From: Candidatus Faecalibacterium intestinavium
GTDB taxonomy: Bacteria; Bacillota; Clostridia; Oscillospirales; Ruminococcaceae
Assembly (NCBI GenBank): GCA_018883885.1
Contig: JAHLFH010000012.1
Location: forward strand, 45,064 to 109,063
Direction: 5' to 3'
DNA: 64,000 nucleotides
Below, piece after piece: positions 39,220 to 51,134 of the stretch. Position 1 is the stretch's first letter. Every line of letters begins with the position of its first letter. The position numbers were made by a program, and so were the translations under genes. The notes under the pieces were generated by a model, which searched no databases, had not been told where the DNA came from, and worked only from the letters and a program-made list of their open reading frames with translations.

Positions 39220-41781
39220 ATGGCAACTGATCTGAAAACAGAATTCTGTGCTCTGCGGGATGCATACATTGAGCAGCAGTTTGGGCGGCTCAACGAAATG
39301 CAGCGCCGGGCTGTTTTTACCACCGACGGCCCTCTGCTGATCCTTGCCGGGGCCGGCAGCGGAAAAACCACGGTACTGGTCAACCGGATTGCAAACCTGA
39401 TCCGGTTCGGCAGCGCACACGGCAGCAAGGCGCTGCCCCGCGAGGTGACGGCGGACGATCTGGCCGCCCTCCGCGCGGCTGTAGAGCAGCGCCAACCGGC
39501 CCCGTACTGGCTGGGGGATATGCTGCGCTGCAACCCCGTCCGAAGCTGGAATATCATGGCCATCACATTTACCAATAAGGCCGCCGGCGAACTCCGGGCC
39601 CGCCTTTGCAGCATGCTGGGCGGGGAAGAAGGGGAGGAAGTGTTCGCTTCCACCTTCCATTCCGCCTGCGTCCGGTTTCTGCGCCGGTACGCCGAGGAGA
39701 TCGGCTGGCCCAGAAGCTTCACGATCTACGACACCGACGACTCCCAGCGGGTGATGAAGGCTGTTTACAAAGAACTGAGCGTGGACGATAAATTCTTCCC
39801 GGTCAAGTCTGCGCTGAATCAGCTGAGTCGCTGGAAGGATCAGCTTGTCAGCCCGGCAGAAGCGCTGCGGGAAAATACCGGCAGCATCAAGGGGGCGCTG
39901 GCGGCCCGCATCTATGCGCAGTATGAGAAAAAGCTGAAGGAAGCGGGCGCCTTCGACTTTGACGATCTGATCTTCCAAACTGTCGTATTGCTTCAGGAAC
40001 ATCCGGAGGTGCGGCAGTATTATCAGGACAAATACCGGTATCTGCTGGTGGACGAGTATCAGGACACCAGCGTTGCGCAGTTCAGGCTGGTCAGCCTGCT
40101 GACCGGGCCTGCGCAGAACATCTGCGTCGTCGGCGACGACGACCAGAGCATCTACCGCTTCCGGGGGGCAACCATTGAGAACATCCTGAACTTTGAAAAA
40201 TACTACCCGGCTGCAAAAACCATTCGTCTGGAACAGAATTATCGTTCCACATCCAACATTCTCAACGCGGCCAACTGCGTCATCTGCCATAATACCGAGC
40301 GCAAGGGCAAGGAGCTCTGGACAAAGAACGGAGACGGAGAAAAGGTCCAGGTTTATCGGGCGGAAAACGAATCGGATGAAGCCATGCATATTGCCGATGT
40401 CATCGGCCAGCACCTGAAAGCCGGAGGGCATCTGTCCGACCACGCCATCCTGTACCGGATGAACGCCCAGTCGGCCCCCATCGAGAACTATTTCACCCGG
40501 GCGGGTATCCCGCACAAAATTGTGGGCGGGCAGCGCTTCAACGACCGCAAAGAGGTCAAGGACATCCATTCCTATATGTCCATCGTTGCAAACCCGCAGG
40601 ACGATGTGCGGCTGCGCCGGATCATCAATGAACCGGCCCGGAAGATCGGCGCCACAACCATCGAAACCATCGCGGAGCTGGCGGCTCAGGAAGGGGTGAG
40701 CATGCTGTACATCATCAGCCGGGCGGATCAATATGCGCGGTTGTCGAGGTCGGTGATGCCTTTGCTGAGCTTCTATCAGATGTACCAGAAACTCTGTGAC
40801 ACCCTGGAGACAAGCCCGCTGGATCTGTTTGCCAGCCAGCTGATCGAGCTGACGGGATATAAGCGGATGCTGGAACAGCAGGCGGCTCAGGGCCATGAAG
40901 ACGCTGAAGACCGGCTGCAGAACCTGGGGCAACTGGTCAACAACGTGAAAAACTACTGCGACCAGCGCGGAGCAGACGCCACCCTGGAGGGGTATCTGGA
41001 AGAAATCGCACTGATCAGCGACATCGACAGCTATAATGAGGACAGCGATCAGGTTGTCCTGATGACCATCCACTCGGCAAAAGGGCTGGAATTCCCTTAT
41101 GTGTTCCTTGTAGGGATGGAGGAAGGGGTTTTTCCCAGTGAAATGAGCCGCTATTCAGACGCGGATCTTGAAGAAGAACGCCGTCTGGCCTACGTCGGCA
41201 TTACCCGGGCCAAAAAAGAACTCTATCTTTCCAACAGCGTCAGCCGAATGCTCTATGGACAGACCCGACGCAACGAACCAAGCCGGTTTCTGCGTGAAAT
41301 CGACCCGGAATATCTTGAGGAAAGCGCCAGCCCGGCTCTTGCCCGGGCAGCCCGGATGGGCGGATGGCGGCAGGATTCCCCCGATACGGTCCCCGGGGGC
41401 GCTTCCGGTTATTCCGGGCCCTCCGGCTGGGGAAGGGCTGCGTCTTCCGGCTCCGGCTATGGACGCGCCGCGTATCTGAATCGGGAGTATAACGCGTCCC
41501 AGCCGCAGGCCCCGTCTTCGGGGCGCAGCCGCTCCTTCGGCGCAAATTACAGCCGCAGCAGCGCTCAAACTCCTGCCGCACCGCAGCCTCGTGCAGCCGC
41601 AGGAAGCAAGCGTTACGCGCCGGGCGATATTGTCATGCACAAAGTGTTCGGGCAGGGAAAGGTCCTGCGGGTCACGCCCGCTGCCGGAGACTTTATTGTG
41701 GAGATTAACTTTGAAAAGGTCGGCATCAAAAAAACGATGGCGAATTTTGCGCCGCTGACCAAACTATCTTCGGAGGAATAA
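39220..41781 (+). CDS. pcrA: UvrD/PcrA DNA helicase
   Basis: AGAGSGKT, TFTNKAA, VDEYQD, GDDDQSIY, EQNYRS, TIHSAKGLEF, YVGITRA. Confidence 0.96.
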   Translation: MATDLKTEFCALRDAYIEQQFGRLNEMQRRAVFTTDGPLLILAGAGSGKTTVLVNRIANLIRFGSAHGSKALPREVTADDLAALRAAVEQRQPAPYWLGDMLRCNPVRSWNIMAITFTNKAAGELRARLCSMLGGEEGEEVFASTFHSACVRFLRRYAEEIGWPRSFTIYDTDDSQRVMKAVYKELSVDDKFFPVKSALNQLSRWKDQLVSPAEALRENTGSIKGALAARIYAQYEKKLKEAGAFDFDDLIFQTVVLLQEHPEVRQYYQDKYRYLLVDEYQDTSVAQFRLVSLLTGPAQNICVVGDDDQSIYRFRGATIENILNFEKYYPAAKTIRLEQNYRSTSNILNAANCVICHNTERKGKELWTKNGDGEKVQVYRAENESDEAMHIADVIGQHLKAGGHLSDHAILYRMNAQSAPIENYFTRAGIPHKIVGGQRFNDRKEVKDIHSYMSIVANPQDDVRLRRIINEPARKIGATTIETIAELAAQEGVSMLYIISRADQYARLSRSVMPLLSFYQMYQKLCDTLETSPLDLFASQLIELTGYKRMLEQQAAQGHEDAEDRLQNLGQLVNNVKNYCDQRGADATLEGYLEEIALISDIDSYNEDSDQVVLMTIHSAKGLEFPYVFLVGMEEGVFPSEMSRYSDADLEEERRLAYVGITRAKKELYLSNSVSRMLYGQTRRNEPSRFLREIDPEYLEESASPALARAARMGGWRQDSPDTVPGGASGYSGPSGWGRAASSGSGYGRAAYLNREYNASQPQAPSSGRSRSFGANYSRSSAQTPAAPQPRAAAGSKRYAPGDIVMHKVFGQGKVLRVTPAAGDFIVEINFEKVGIKKTMANFAPLTKLSSEE

Positions 41782-41788
41782 AGGGGAA

Positions 41789-42568
41789 ATGATGACAGTT
41801 CGATTGATTGCACATACGCCCGAGCCGGAAAAGGTGGTGGCCGCGGCTGCCAAACTCTGCTATTCGGACGCGCATATTGCAGACCTTCTGGATGGCCTTA
41901 ATGAAGAAAAGACCGCCCGCTTTCTGGAGATGCTCAGCGACCTCGGCCATGCCAGCCCCATCGAACACGCCAGTTTTACCTTTGGCATCGAGGGGGTGAG
42001 CCGGACCCTGCTTGCGCAGATTACCCGGCACCGGATCGCCTCGTTCAGCGTCCAGAGCCAGCGGTATGTCCGACTGGACGATTTTCGGTATGTGATCCCG
42101 CCTGAGATCGAGGCAATCCCCGAGGCAAAGGCGGCCTTCATCGACAGCATGAACGAAGACGCCGCCCGTTATCTTGACCTTGTGAAAAAGCTGGAAGAAG
42201 CCCACACCGCCCGTCTTGTGGCCGAGGGGCTGCCCGAGAAACAGGCCCGGGCCAAGGCGTCCAAACAGGCCAACGAGGACGCCCGCTTTGTACTGCCCAA
42301 CGCCTGCGAAACAAAAATGGTGGTCACCATGAACGCCCGCAGCCTTTTAAACTTCTTCCGGCTGCGCTGCTGCGAACGGGCCCAATGGGAGATTCGGCTT
42401 CTGGCCGACGAGATGCTCCGGCTGGTCTATCCGATCGCGCCGCATCTGTTCCGGACAGCCGGTCCTGCCTGTCTGGAAGGCCCCTGCCCGGAAGGGAAGA
42501 TGTGCTGCGGCCGCGCTGCCCAGGTTCGGCAAAAATACGCCCGGCAGAAAGAACAGGCGAACGCATGA
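41789..42568 (+). CDS. thyX: FAD-dependent thymidylate synthase
   Basis: GHASPIEH, RHRIASFSVQSQRY, EDAR, AQWEIR. Confidence 0.96.
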   Translation: MMTVRLIAHTPEPEKVVAAAAKLCYSDAHIADLLDGLNEEKTARFLEMLSDLGHASPIEHASFTFGIEGVSRTLLAQITRHRIASFSVQSQRYVRLDDFRYVIPPEIEAIPEAKAAFIDSMNEDAARYLDLVKKLEEAHTARLVAEGLPEKQARAKASKQANEDARFVLPNACETKMVVTMNARSLLNFFRLRCCERAQWEIRLLADEMLRLVYPIAPHLFRTAGPACLEGPCPEGKMCCGRAAQVRQKYARQKEQANA

Positions 42569-43230
42569 GCAAAGGAACGCTGATTGCAATCGAGGGCCTG
42601 GACGGCAGCGGAAAGGCCACGCAGGCCGGGCTTCTGGCCAGGGCGCTGAAAGACGCCGGGCGAGATGTGATGGAAATCTCTTTTCCGGATTATGCCAGCG
42701 ATTCCTCCGCGCTGGTGCGGATGTATCTTGCGGGGCAATTCGGGCAGAAGGCGGACGACGTAAACGCCTATGCGGCGTCCAGCTTTTTTGCGGTGGACCG
42801 CTTCGCCAGCTATAAAATGCGCTGGGGTTCTTTTTACCAGAATGGCGGCATCGTGATTGCCGACCGCTATACGACGTCCAACGCGGTACATCAGTGCTCG
42901 AAGCTTCCTCCCGAGGAATGGAACGCGTTTCTGGACTGGCTGTTTGAATACGAATTCCATCTTCTGGGGCTGCCTGCGCCGGATAAAGTGATTTATCTGC
43001 GGGTCGACCCCGCCGTCAGCCAGCAGCTGATGACCGGCCGCTACCACGGGGATGAGGGCAAAAAGGACGTCCACGAAAAAGACCTTGAATATCTGGGCCG
43101 CAGCCGCCGCGCAGCAGAATTTTGCGCCAGCAAGCTTGGCTGGGAAATTGTTGACTGTGCACACAGCGGGCAGATGCGTTCCGTCGAGGACATCCACAGA
43201 GAATTGATCTGTCGGCTGGGCCTCGAATAA
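42565..43230 (+). CDS. tmk: Thymidylate kinase
   Basis: IEGLDGSGKATQ, FPDY, ADRY; ATGA overlap with thyX. Confidence 0.9.
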   Translation: MSKGTLIAIEGLDGSGKATQAGLLARALKDAGRDVMEISFPDYASDSSALVRMYLAGQFGQKADDVNAYAASSFFAVDRFASYKMRWGSFYQNGGIVIADRYTTSNAVHQCSKLPPEEWNAFLDWLFEYEFHLLGLPAPDKVIYLRVDPAVSQQLMTGRYHGDEGKKDVHEKDLEYLGRSRRAAEFCASKLGWEIVDCAHSGQMRSVEDIHRELICRLGLE

Positions 43231-43278
43231 AACGCGGAACGCTGAATCTTTCAAAACGGAAGAAAGGGGAATTCTGAA

Positions 43279-44097
43279 TTGATGTTTCGTTTGATGCAAT
43301 CGTTCGATCTGGCTGCCATGAAAGAACTCTGGGAGAAGCTCTGCGGAGACGGCGCAGACCTGATCGAAAAAGCAATCCAACGGTTTGCCATGCCGGAAAA
43401 CGTCTATATTGCAGAGGAGAACGGCCTTTTGCAGGCCTTCGTCCTGGCTGTGCCGGTCTCTGTTCGGAATCATGCGGGAAGCTATCTTTACGGCCTTTGC
43501 AGCTCAGAAACTGCGGCAGCCGCCGGGCTTTTGGATTATGCCTGTGCAGAGCAGCGCAAAAAGGGCGCAGAATTCTCGGTGGCCATTCCGTCCGGGGAAG
43601 CGCAGACGGAGTTTTTGAAAAACCGCGGGTTTGCCCCCGCATTTGCCCTGCGCTGCCTTCATCGTCCGGTGGAGCGCAACCTCTGGAGCCAGGCGGAATT
43701 TGACACTGTAACAGCCAAAACGCTCTGCGAACTGCGGCAGAAATATTGTCCCGACAGCGTCATGCTGACCCCGGAGCGGATGATGGTAGTCCTGAGCGAT
43801 TTATACTCCCGGGGCGCAACCATCGTTTCCAACCGGCACGGATACGGCGTGTACTTCCGTCAGGGGGAAACTCTGTATTTTGCGGAGCTTTTTGCCGAGG
43901 ATGACCGCGCCGCCGAAGTTTTGCTGGAAGCGGCCCGGGAAAAAGAAATCGTCGCAGAGAAGGCAGTGATTACCATTGGGGCGGATCAGCCTCTTTTCTG
44001 GGGCGAAGGAACGCGGATGGAATATGGGATGGTCCGCTTTGAAGCTGCTCCGTTTGACGTGAGCGGAACTTATATGCGGCTGATGCTGGAGAATTAA
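43279..44097 (+). CDS. Putative GNAT-fold acetyltransferase
   Basis: YLYGLC...GLLDYA, FLKNRGF resemble GNAT motifs A/B; acetyl-CoA motif degenerate. Confidence 0.55.
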   Translation: MMFRLMQSFDLAAMKELWEKLCGDGADLIEKAIQRFAMPENVYIAEENGLLQAFVLAVPVSVRNHAGSYLYGLCSSETAAAAGLLDYACAEQRKKGAEFSVAIPSGEAQTEFLKNRGFAPAFALRCLHRPVERNLWSQAEFDTVTAKTLCELRQKYCPDSVMLTPERMMVVLSDLYSRGATIVSNRHGYGVYFRQGETLYFAELFAEDDRAAEVLLEAAREKEIVAEKAVITIGADQPLFWGEGTRMEYGMVRFEAAPFDVSGTYMRLMLEN

Positions 44098-44385
44098 ATC
44101 CAAAAAGAGGATACCGCTTATATCTGCACCGTATACGGGGGATTCTAAAGCAACCCCACAAAATAGCGCAACATCTGCCATTCGCCCAGAATGGGATCTA
44201 AGGCAAAGCCCCAGCTTCCGATAAAGGGCGGGTGTGCGGGTTTGAAATGAAACAAGACGGACTGTGCGGAAGCACAATCTGCCGGAATTGAAGCCACGGC
44301 ACTGTAAATCGTCGATTTTTTTACGGGGCTGCTCTAATCTGAAAAGCAGAAAGAATCCATACAAATCAAAGGAATCGAAAAACGT

Positions 44386-45525
44386 ATGAACAAACGAAAT
44401 CGGGAAGCGGCACATGCTGCCAGGAAAAAGAAAAAAATCTGGCCCAAACTCCTGCTGGCAGGGGTTCTGGCTGTGGGTTTGGCTGCTGCGGCGGCTGCTT
44501 TTGCGGTCAAGCAGGAAATCGGGGGCAGACCGGAGGGCGCCGCCGTTACGGTAACCATCGAACCGGGCAGCAGCGTTTCCTCCATTGCTGAGGCCCTGAA
44601 GCAGGCCGGAGTCATCCGCTTTCCGCTGGTGTTCCGCTGGTATGTCCGGGAGCAAAATGCCGCCGGGAAGCTCCAGTATGGCACGTTTGCGCTTCAGCAG
44701 GGGCAGGGGTACGCCGACCTGATCGACGCTTTGTCGGTGTATGCCGCCGCGGAAACGACCCGGGTGACCTTCCCTGAGGGCAGCACGGCCATTGCCATTG
44801 CCCAGAAAATGGAGCAGGTCGGCCTTTGCAGCGCAGAGGAGTTTCTGGAGGAAGCCAACTTTGGCGATTTCTCCGAATTTGCCTTCTGGGATCAGGTGCC
44901 GCAAGACGATGAGACCCCGGGACGTTTCATGAAATGCGAGGGGTATCTCTTCCCGGACACCTATGAATTTTTAAACGACGGAACGGTCCATGAATACGTC
45001 GCCACGTTTTATGCCCGCTTTGACCAGATGATAACAGAAGAAATCTACGCTTCTCTGGAAGAACAGGGAATGACGCTGCACGAACTGATTACCCTGGCAT
45101 CCTTTGTTCAGGAAGAAGCGGGAAACGATCAGGACAGCAATGTGGCCCAGGTGTTCCGCAACCGTCTGGCAGAAGGGTCTCCCTATCCGATGCTGCAAAG
45201 CAATGCGTCCAGCTATATCCAGAACGATGCGGACAACAATTACCTCTGGAACTGGGTTGCTCCTTACTTTGGCGGCTGGGATGAGATCCCGCAGGAGATT
45301 CTTTCGGCGTATGACACCTATTCCCGCGCCGGACTGCCTGCCGGGCCGATTTCCAACCCGGGTCTTGCAGCCATCCAGGCAGCGCTGCACCCCAATCCCA
45401 GCGCCGAAGCGGAGGATGCTTATTTCTTTGTGACGGATTTGACGGGACACTATTACTACGCAAAGACTCTGACAGAGCACAATGCAAACTGCCAAACCGC
45501 ATGGGCAGTGAATCAGGCCCTGTGA
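44386..45525 (+). CDS. mltG: Endolytic transglycosylase MltG
   Basis: N-terminal TM, VTFPEG, EGYLFPDTY, LASFVQEEA, VFRNRL, GLPAGPISNPG. Confidence 0.92.
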   Translation: MNKRNREAAHAARKKKKIWPKLLLAGVLAVGLAAAAAAFAVKQEIGGRPEGAAVTVTIEPGSSVSSIAEALKQAGVIRFPLVFRWYVREQNAAGKLQYGTFALQQGQGYADLIDALSVYAAAETTRVTFPEGSTAIAIAQKMEQVGLCSAEEFLEEANFGDFSEFAFWDQVPQDDETPGRFMKCEGYLFPDTYEFLNDGTVHEYVATFYARFDQMITEEIYASLEEQGMTLHELITLASFVQEEAGNDQDSNVAQVFRNRLAEGSPYPMLQSNASSYIQNDADNNYLWNWVAPYFGGWDEIPQEILSAYDTYSRAGLPAGPISNPGLAAIQAALHPNPSAEAEDAYFFVTDLTGHYYYAKTLTEHNANCQTAWAVNQAL

Positions 45526-45552
45526 CCGGGCCCGGAAAGAGAGGATTTTTAT

Positions 45553-47974
<2,422 letters not shown>

Positions 47975-47984
47975 CAATTTGGCC

Positions 47985-48013
47985 TTGAATCCGGCAGGGC
48001 AAGCTATTATAAT
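47985..48013 (+). promoter_or_regulatory. SigA promoter of yajC
   Basis: TTGAAT-N17-TATAAT. Confidence 0.7.
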
Positions 48014-48050
48014 AGGTTAAAGCAATTTGATTTGAGAGGAGATTTTCCCC

Positions 48051-48365
48051 ATGCAGTTTCTTACCACTACCACTACCCAGAGCTACCTGAGTCTGTTCTT
48101 TACCCTTGGCCTGATGATCGTTCTTCTCTACTTCATGATTTACCGTCCTCAGAAGAAGCAGGAGAAGAAGGACGCCGAGATGCGCAAGAGCCTCGAGATC
48201 GGCGATCAGGTCACCACCATCGGCGGCGTCATCGGCCGTGTGGTTGCCATCAAGGATGACAGCTTTGTGCTGGAAACCGGCAGCGACCGCGTGAAGATCC
48301 GCTTTACCAAGACTGCCATTGGCGCCGTGGAAAAGCTGAACATGGATGACGCTTCCAAGAAATAA
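48051..48365 (+). CDS. yajC: Preprotein translocase subunit YajC
   Basis: YFMIYRPQKK, GDQVTTIGG. Confidence 0.95.
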   Translation: MQFLTTTTTQSYLSLFFTLGLMIVLLYFMIYRPQKKQEKKDAEMRKSLEIGDQVTTIGGVIGRVVAIKDDSFVLETGSDRVKIRFTKTAIGAVEKLNMDDASKK

Positions 48366-48393
48366 TCTTTTTTTGAAACAATCCGAATACCAT

Positions 48394-48437
48394 ATGCGCC
48401 TCCCTGCATAGAGATAGAGCAGGGAGGCGCGTTTTTT
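48394..48437 (+). terminator. Terminator of yajC overlapping a SigE-like promoter and the next RBS
   Basis: GCGCCTCCCTGC/GCAGGGAGGCGC stem plus T6. Confidence 0.75.
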
Positions 48438-48836
48438 ATGAGTGCAAAAAAAGTGGGTTCTTCCGCATTGATTCACTTTCTGGTTTCTCTCGGAGCAGGT
48501 CTGACTGCTGCCGGGGGATGCACTGCGGCGCTGGCCGGGCTGATGGCGTCGCAGGGGCTGGGCCATGGAGCCATCTGGCCCTTCGCAACGGCTGCTGTCA
48601 GCGTCGGGAGCTTTCTCAGCGGGTGGCTGATGGCGTTCCTGCAAAAAGCCCGCGGTCTGTTTTGGGGCGCAGTGCATGGGGCGCTTTATTCCGGACTGAT
48701 TGCGGCGCAGACTGCCCTGAGCGGCAGCATTCCGGATTCCGCACAGCTTTTGCGGTTGGGTCTTGTGATCCTCTTTGGGGCAATTGGAGGCTATCTCGGC
48801 CTGCTCAACGCCGGAAAAAGGCGGCGCGGTTTTTAA
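48438..48836 (+). CDS. TIGR04086-like four-TM membrane protein
   Basis: Four TM helices, ARGLFWGA motif, position after yajC. Confidence 0.7.
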   Translation: MSAKKVGSSALIHFLVSLGAGLTAAGGCTAALAGLMASQGLGHGAIWPFATAAVSVGSFLSGWLMAFLQKARGLFWGAVHGALYSGLIAAQTALSGSIPDSAQLLRLGLVILFGAIGGYLGLLNAGKRRRGF

Positions 48837-48866
48837 ATTCTGGCTCGTGAATGGAGGAAAAAGAAA

Positions 48867-49646
48867 ATGTGGGTCTATCAGAATCCCCAAACAGAGAAAC
48901 CTTCCGATGCCCGGGATGCATCAACGCTGCCGCAGGTTTCACCTGCGAATCGCGACACGGCGGAACACACGGCAGCAGCGCCGGCGCCTTTGACCCCGGA
49001 GCGTCCCGTGCCGGTACAGGCCGAAAAAGAACCGGCGCAGCCGCGCTCCCGCAGGGGAGGACGGGCAACGCGGGACTGCGCCGCTCTGGCCTGCGCCTAT
49101 CTTTTCGGGACGGCGTTGGCCGGGGTGGCCTATGCGCTCTGCGAAGCAAACGAAAAAAATCTCCTGGCTTTTTATCTCAGCCAGTGGGTGCAGCTTTTTA
49201 CGGTGGACAAGCCGGAACAGATTCTTGGGGTGTTTGCCGCCCAGTATGGAACCGTGGCCGCCGCTGTCACGGCCATCTTCCTGCTGGGGCTTTGCGCCTT
49301 TGGGCCGATCCTGATTTATCTGTTTGCCATGCTGTATGGGCTGGGGGTCGGGCTGATCGGCGTACAGCTGTTTTTGGATTCATCCTGGGGGGCAATTCCG
49401 CTGTATCCGATGATTTCCGGATTGTCTGCCGCCTGTGTTGCGGCCTGCCTGTGTTTTTTCGGGGCTTCTGCGCTCCAGGTCAGCAGCCGACTGCAAAAAA
49501 CAGCCTTCAGCCGTGGGGAATCCGTCGCCGCCTCGTGCGACGCAAGGGCGCTTCTGGGACAGTATCTGATGTTTGACGTGATCCTTCTGCCTCTCTGCGG
49601 GCTTTCCACGGGGGTTGTCTGTCTGGTTCACAGGCTGAGTATTTGA
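48867..49646 (+). CDS. SpoIIM-like membrane protein
   Basis: About five TM helices, LLGLCAFG..LYGLGVG pattern; low-complexity N-terminus. Confidence 0.45.
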   Translation: MWVYQNPQTEKPSDARDASTLPQVSPANRDTAEHTAAAPAPLTPERPVPVQAEKEPAQPRSRRGGRATRDCAALACAYLFGTALAGVAYALCEANEKNLLAFYLSQWVQLFTVDKPEQILGVFAAQYGTVAAAVTAIFLLGLCAFGPILIYLFAMLYGLGVGLIGVQLFLDSSWGAIPLYPMISGLSAACVAACLCFFGASALQVSSRLQKTAFSRGESVAASCDARALLGQYLMFDVILLPLCGLSTGVVCLVHRLSI

Positions 49647-49656
49647 GAAAGATTTC

Positions 49657-49685
49657 TTGCGGGTTTTATCCGGGCGTGGTATCAT
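49657..49685 (+). promoter_or_regulatory. SigA promoter of radA-xer
   Basis: TTGCGG-N17-TATCAT with TG extension. Confidence 0.6.
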
Positions 49686-49726
49686 ACTAGTATTGTCAGA
49701 ATCCATTTTCGGAGGAACCCAGACCC

Positions 49727-51115
49727 ATGAAAGATGCAAAGCTCAAGACGGTTTATGTTTGCTCCAACTGCGGCGAAACCAGCCCGCGGTGGATGGGGCG
49801 CTGCCCCAGCTGCGGCAGCTGGAATACAATGAACGAGGATGTGGTTGCCGAACCGGCCAGGTCTTCCTCTGCCCGGGCGGTTCCCCGACAGGAGGGAAGC
49901 ACCCGTCTGACGGCGCACCGGCTGGCGGAGATTCGCAGCACAGAAGAAAAAAGCCGGATCGTGACCGGCATCTCAGAATTGGACCGCGTGCTGGGCGGAG
50001 GGATCGTCCTGGGCGGCGTTGTGCTGCTGAGCGGCGAACCGGGCGTCGGCAAATCCACTATGCTGTTACAGCTGTGCGGGGCTATCTCCGATCAGCACAC
50101 CGTCCTTTATATCACTGGCGAGGAATCGGAACGGCAGGTCAAGCTCCGGGCCAACCGGCTGAATCTGTCCCAACAGAATATCTATCTCGCCGCAGAAAAT
50201 GATGTGGACGAAATCTGCGGCCTGATTGAAAAGGAAAAGCCGGAGCTTGTGGTCATCGACTCCATTCAGACCATGCGCTGCGCGGATATTTCTTCCTCAT
50301 CCGGCACCGTCAGCCAGGTCAAGGAGAGCACCGCCCGTCTGTTGGCTGTCGCCAAAAAACAGGAAGTCCCCATGTTTATTGTGGGCCACGTCAACAAAGA
50401 CGGCGCCATTGCAGGCCCCAAGGTGATGGAGCATCTGGTCGATACCGTGTTGTATTTTGAGGGCGACCGCATGCTGCCTTACCGCATTTTGCGGGCGGCA
50501 AAAAACCGCTATGGCTCAACGAACGAGCTGGGGATGTTTGATATGACCGGCCGTGGTCTGACGGAAATTGCCAATCCTTCTCAGATGCTGCTGGAAGGCC
50601 GTCCGCTGGGGGTTTCCGGCAACTGCGTTGCCTGCACGATGGAGGGTACGCGGCCTATCCTGAGCGAGATTCAGGCGCTGGCTGCCAAAACCAATTTTCC
50701 GTCTCCCCGTCGCACTTGCAGCGGGTACGACTACAACCGCATGAATCTTTTGATTGCCGTGCTGGAAAAGCGGGCAGGCTTTGCTTTCGGCAGTCTGGAC
50801 GTTTACCTGAACGTCATCGGGGGAATCACCCTTCGGGACACGTCCTGTGACCTTGCGGTTTGTCTGAGCATGGTTTCTTCTCTTTTGGACCGTCCGGTGC
50901 ATGATAAGCTTCTTGCGGTCGGCGAGGTCGGTCTTGGAGGAGAAATTCGCAGTGTCCCCAGCCTGGAGCAGCGGCTGCGGGAGGCAGAGCGGATCGGCTT
51001 TGAGCAGGCCGTCATCCCAAAGCACAGTCTGGCCCGGCTGAACCCGGCCGATTATCCCGGGCTCAGACTAATCGGAGCCGCTTATATTTCCGACGCTATT
51101 TCGGTTTTAAAGTGA
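49727..51115 (+). CDS. radA: DNA repair protein RadA/Sms
   Basis: CSNCG..CPSCG zinc finger, GEPGVGKST, IDSIQ, KNRYG, Lon-like C-terminus. Confidence 0.97.
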   Translation: MKDAKLKTVYVCSNCGETSPRWMGRCPSCGSWNTMNEDVVAEPARSSSARAVPRQEGSTRLTAHRLAEIRSTEEKSRIVTGISELDRVLGGGIVLGGVVLLSGEPGVGKSTMLLQLCGAISDQHTVLYITGEESERQVKLRANRLNLSQQNIYLAAENDVDEICGLIEKEKPELVVIDSIQTMRCADISSSSGTVSQVKESTARLLAVAKKQEVPMFIVGHVNKDGAIAGPKVMEHLVDTVLYFEGDRMLPYRILRAAKNRYGSTNELGMFDMTGRGLTEIANPSQMLLEGRPLGVSGNCVACTMEGTRPILSEIQALAAKTNFPSPRRTCSGYDYNRMNLLIAVLEKRAGFAFGSLDVYLNVIGGITLRDTSCDLAVCLSMVSSLLDRPVHDKLLAVGEVGLGGEIRSVPSLEQRLREAERIGFEQAVIPKHSLARLNPADYPGLRLIGAAYISDAISVLK

Positions 51116-51134
51116 AAAGCCACAGAGGAACAAT

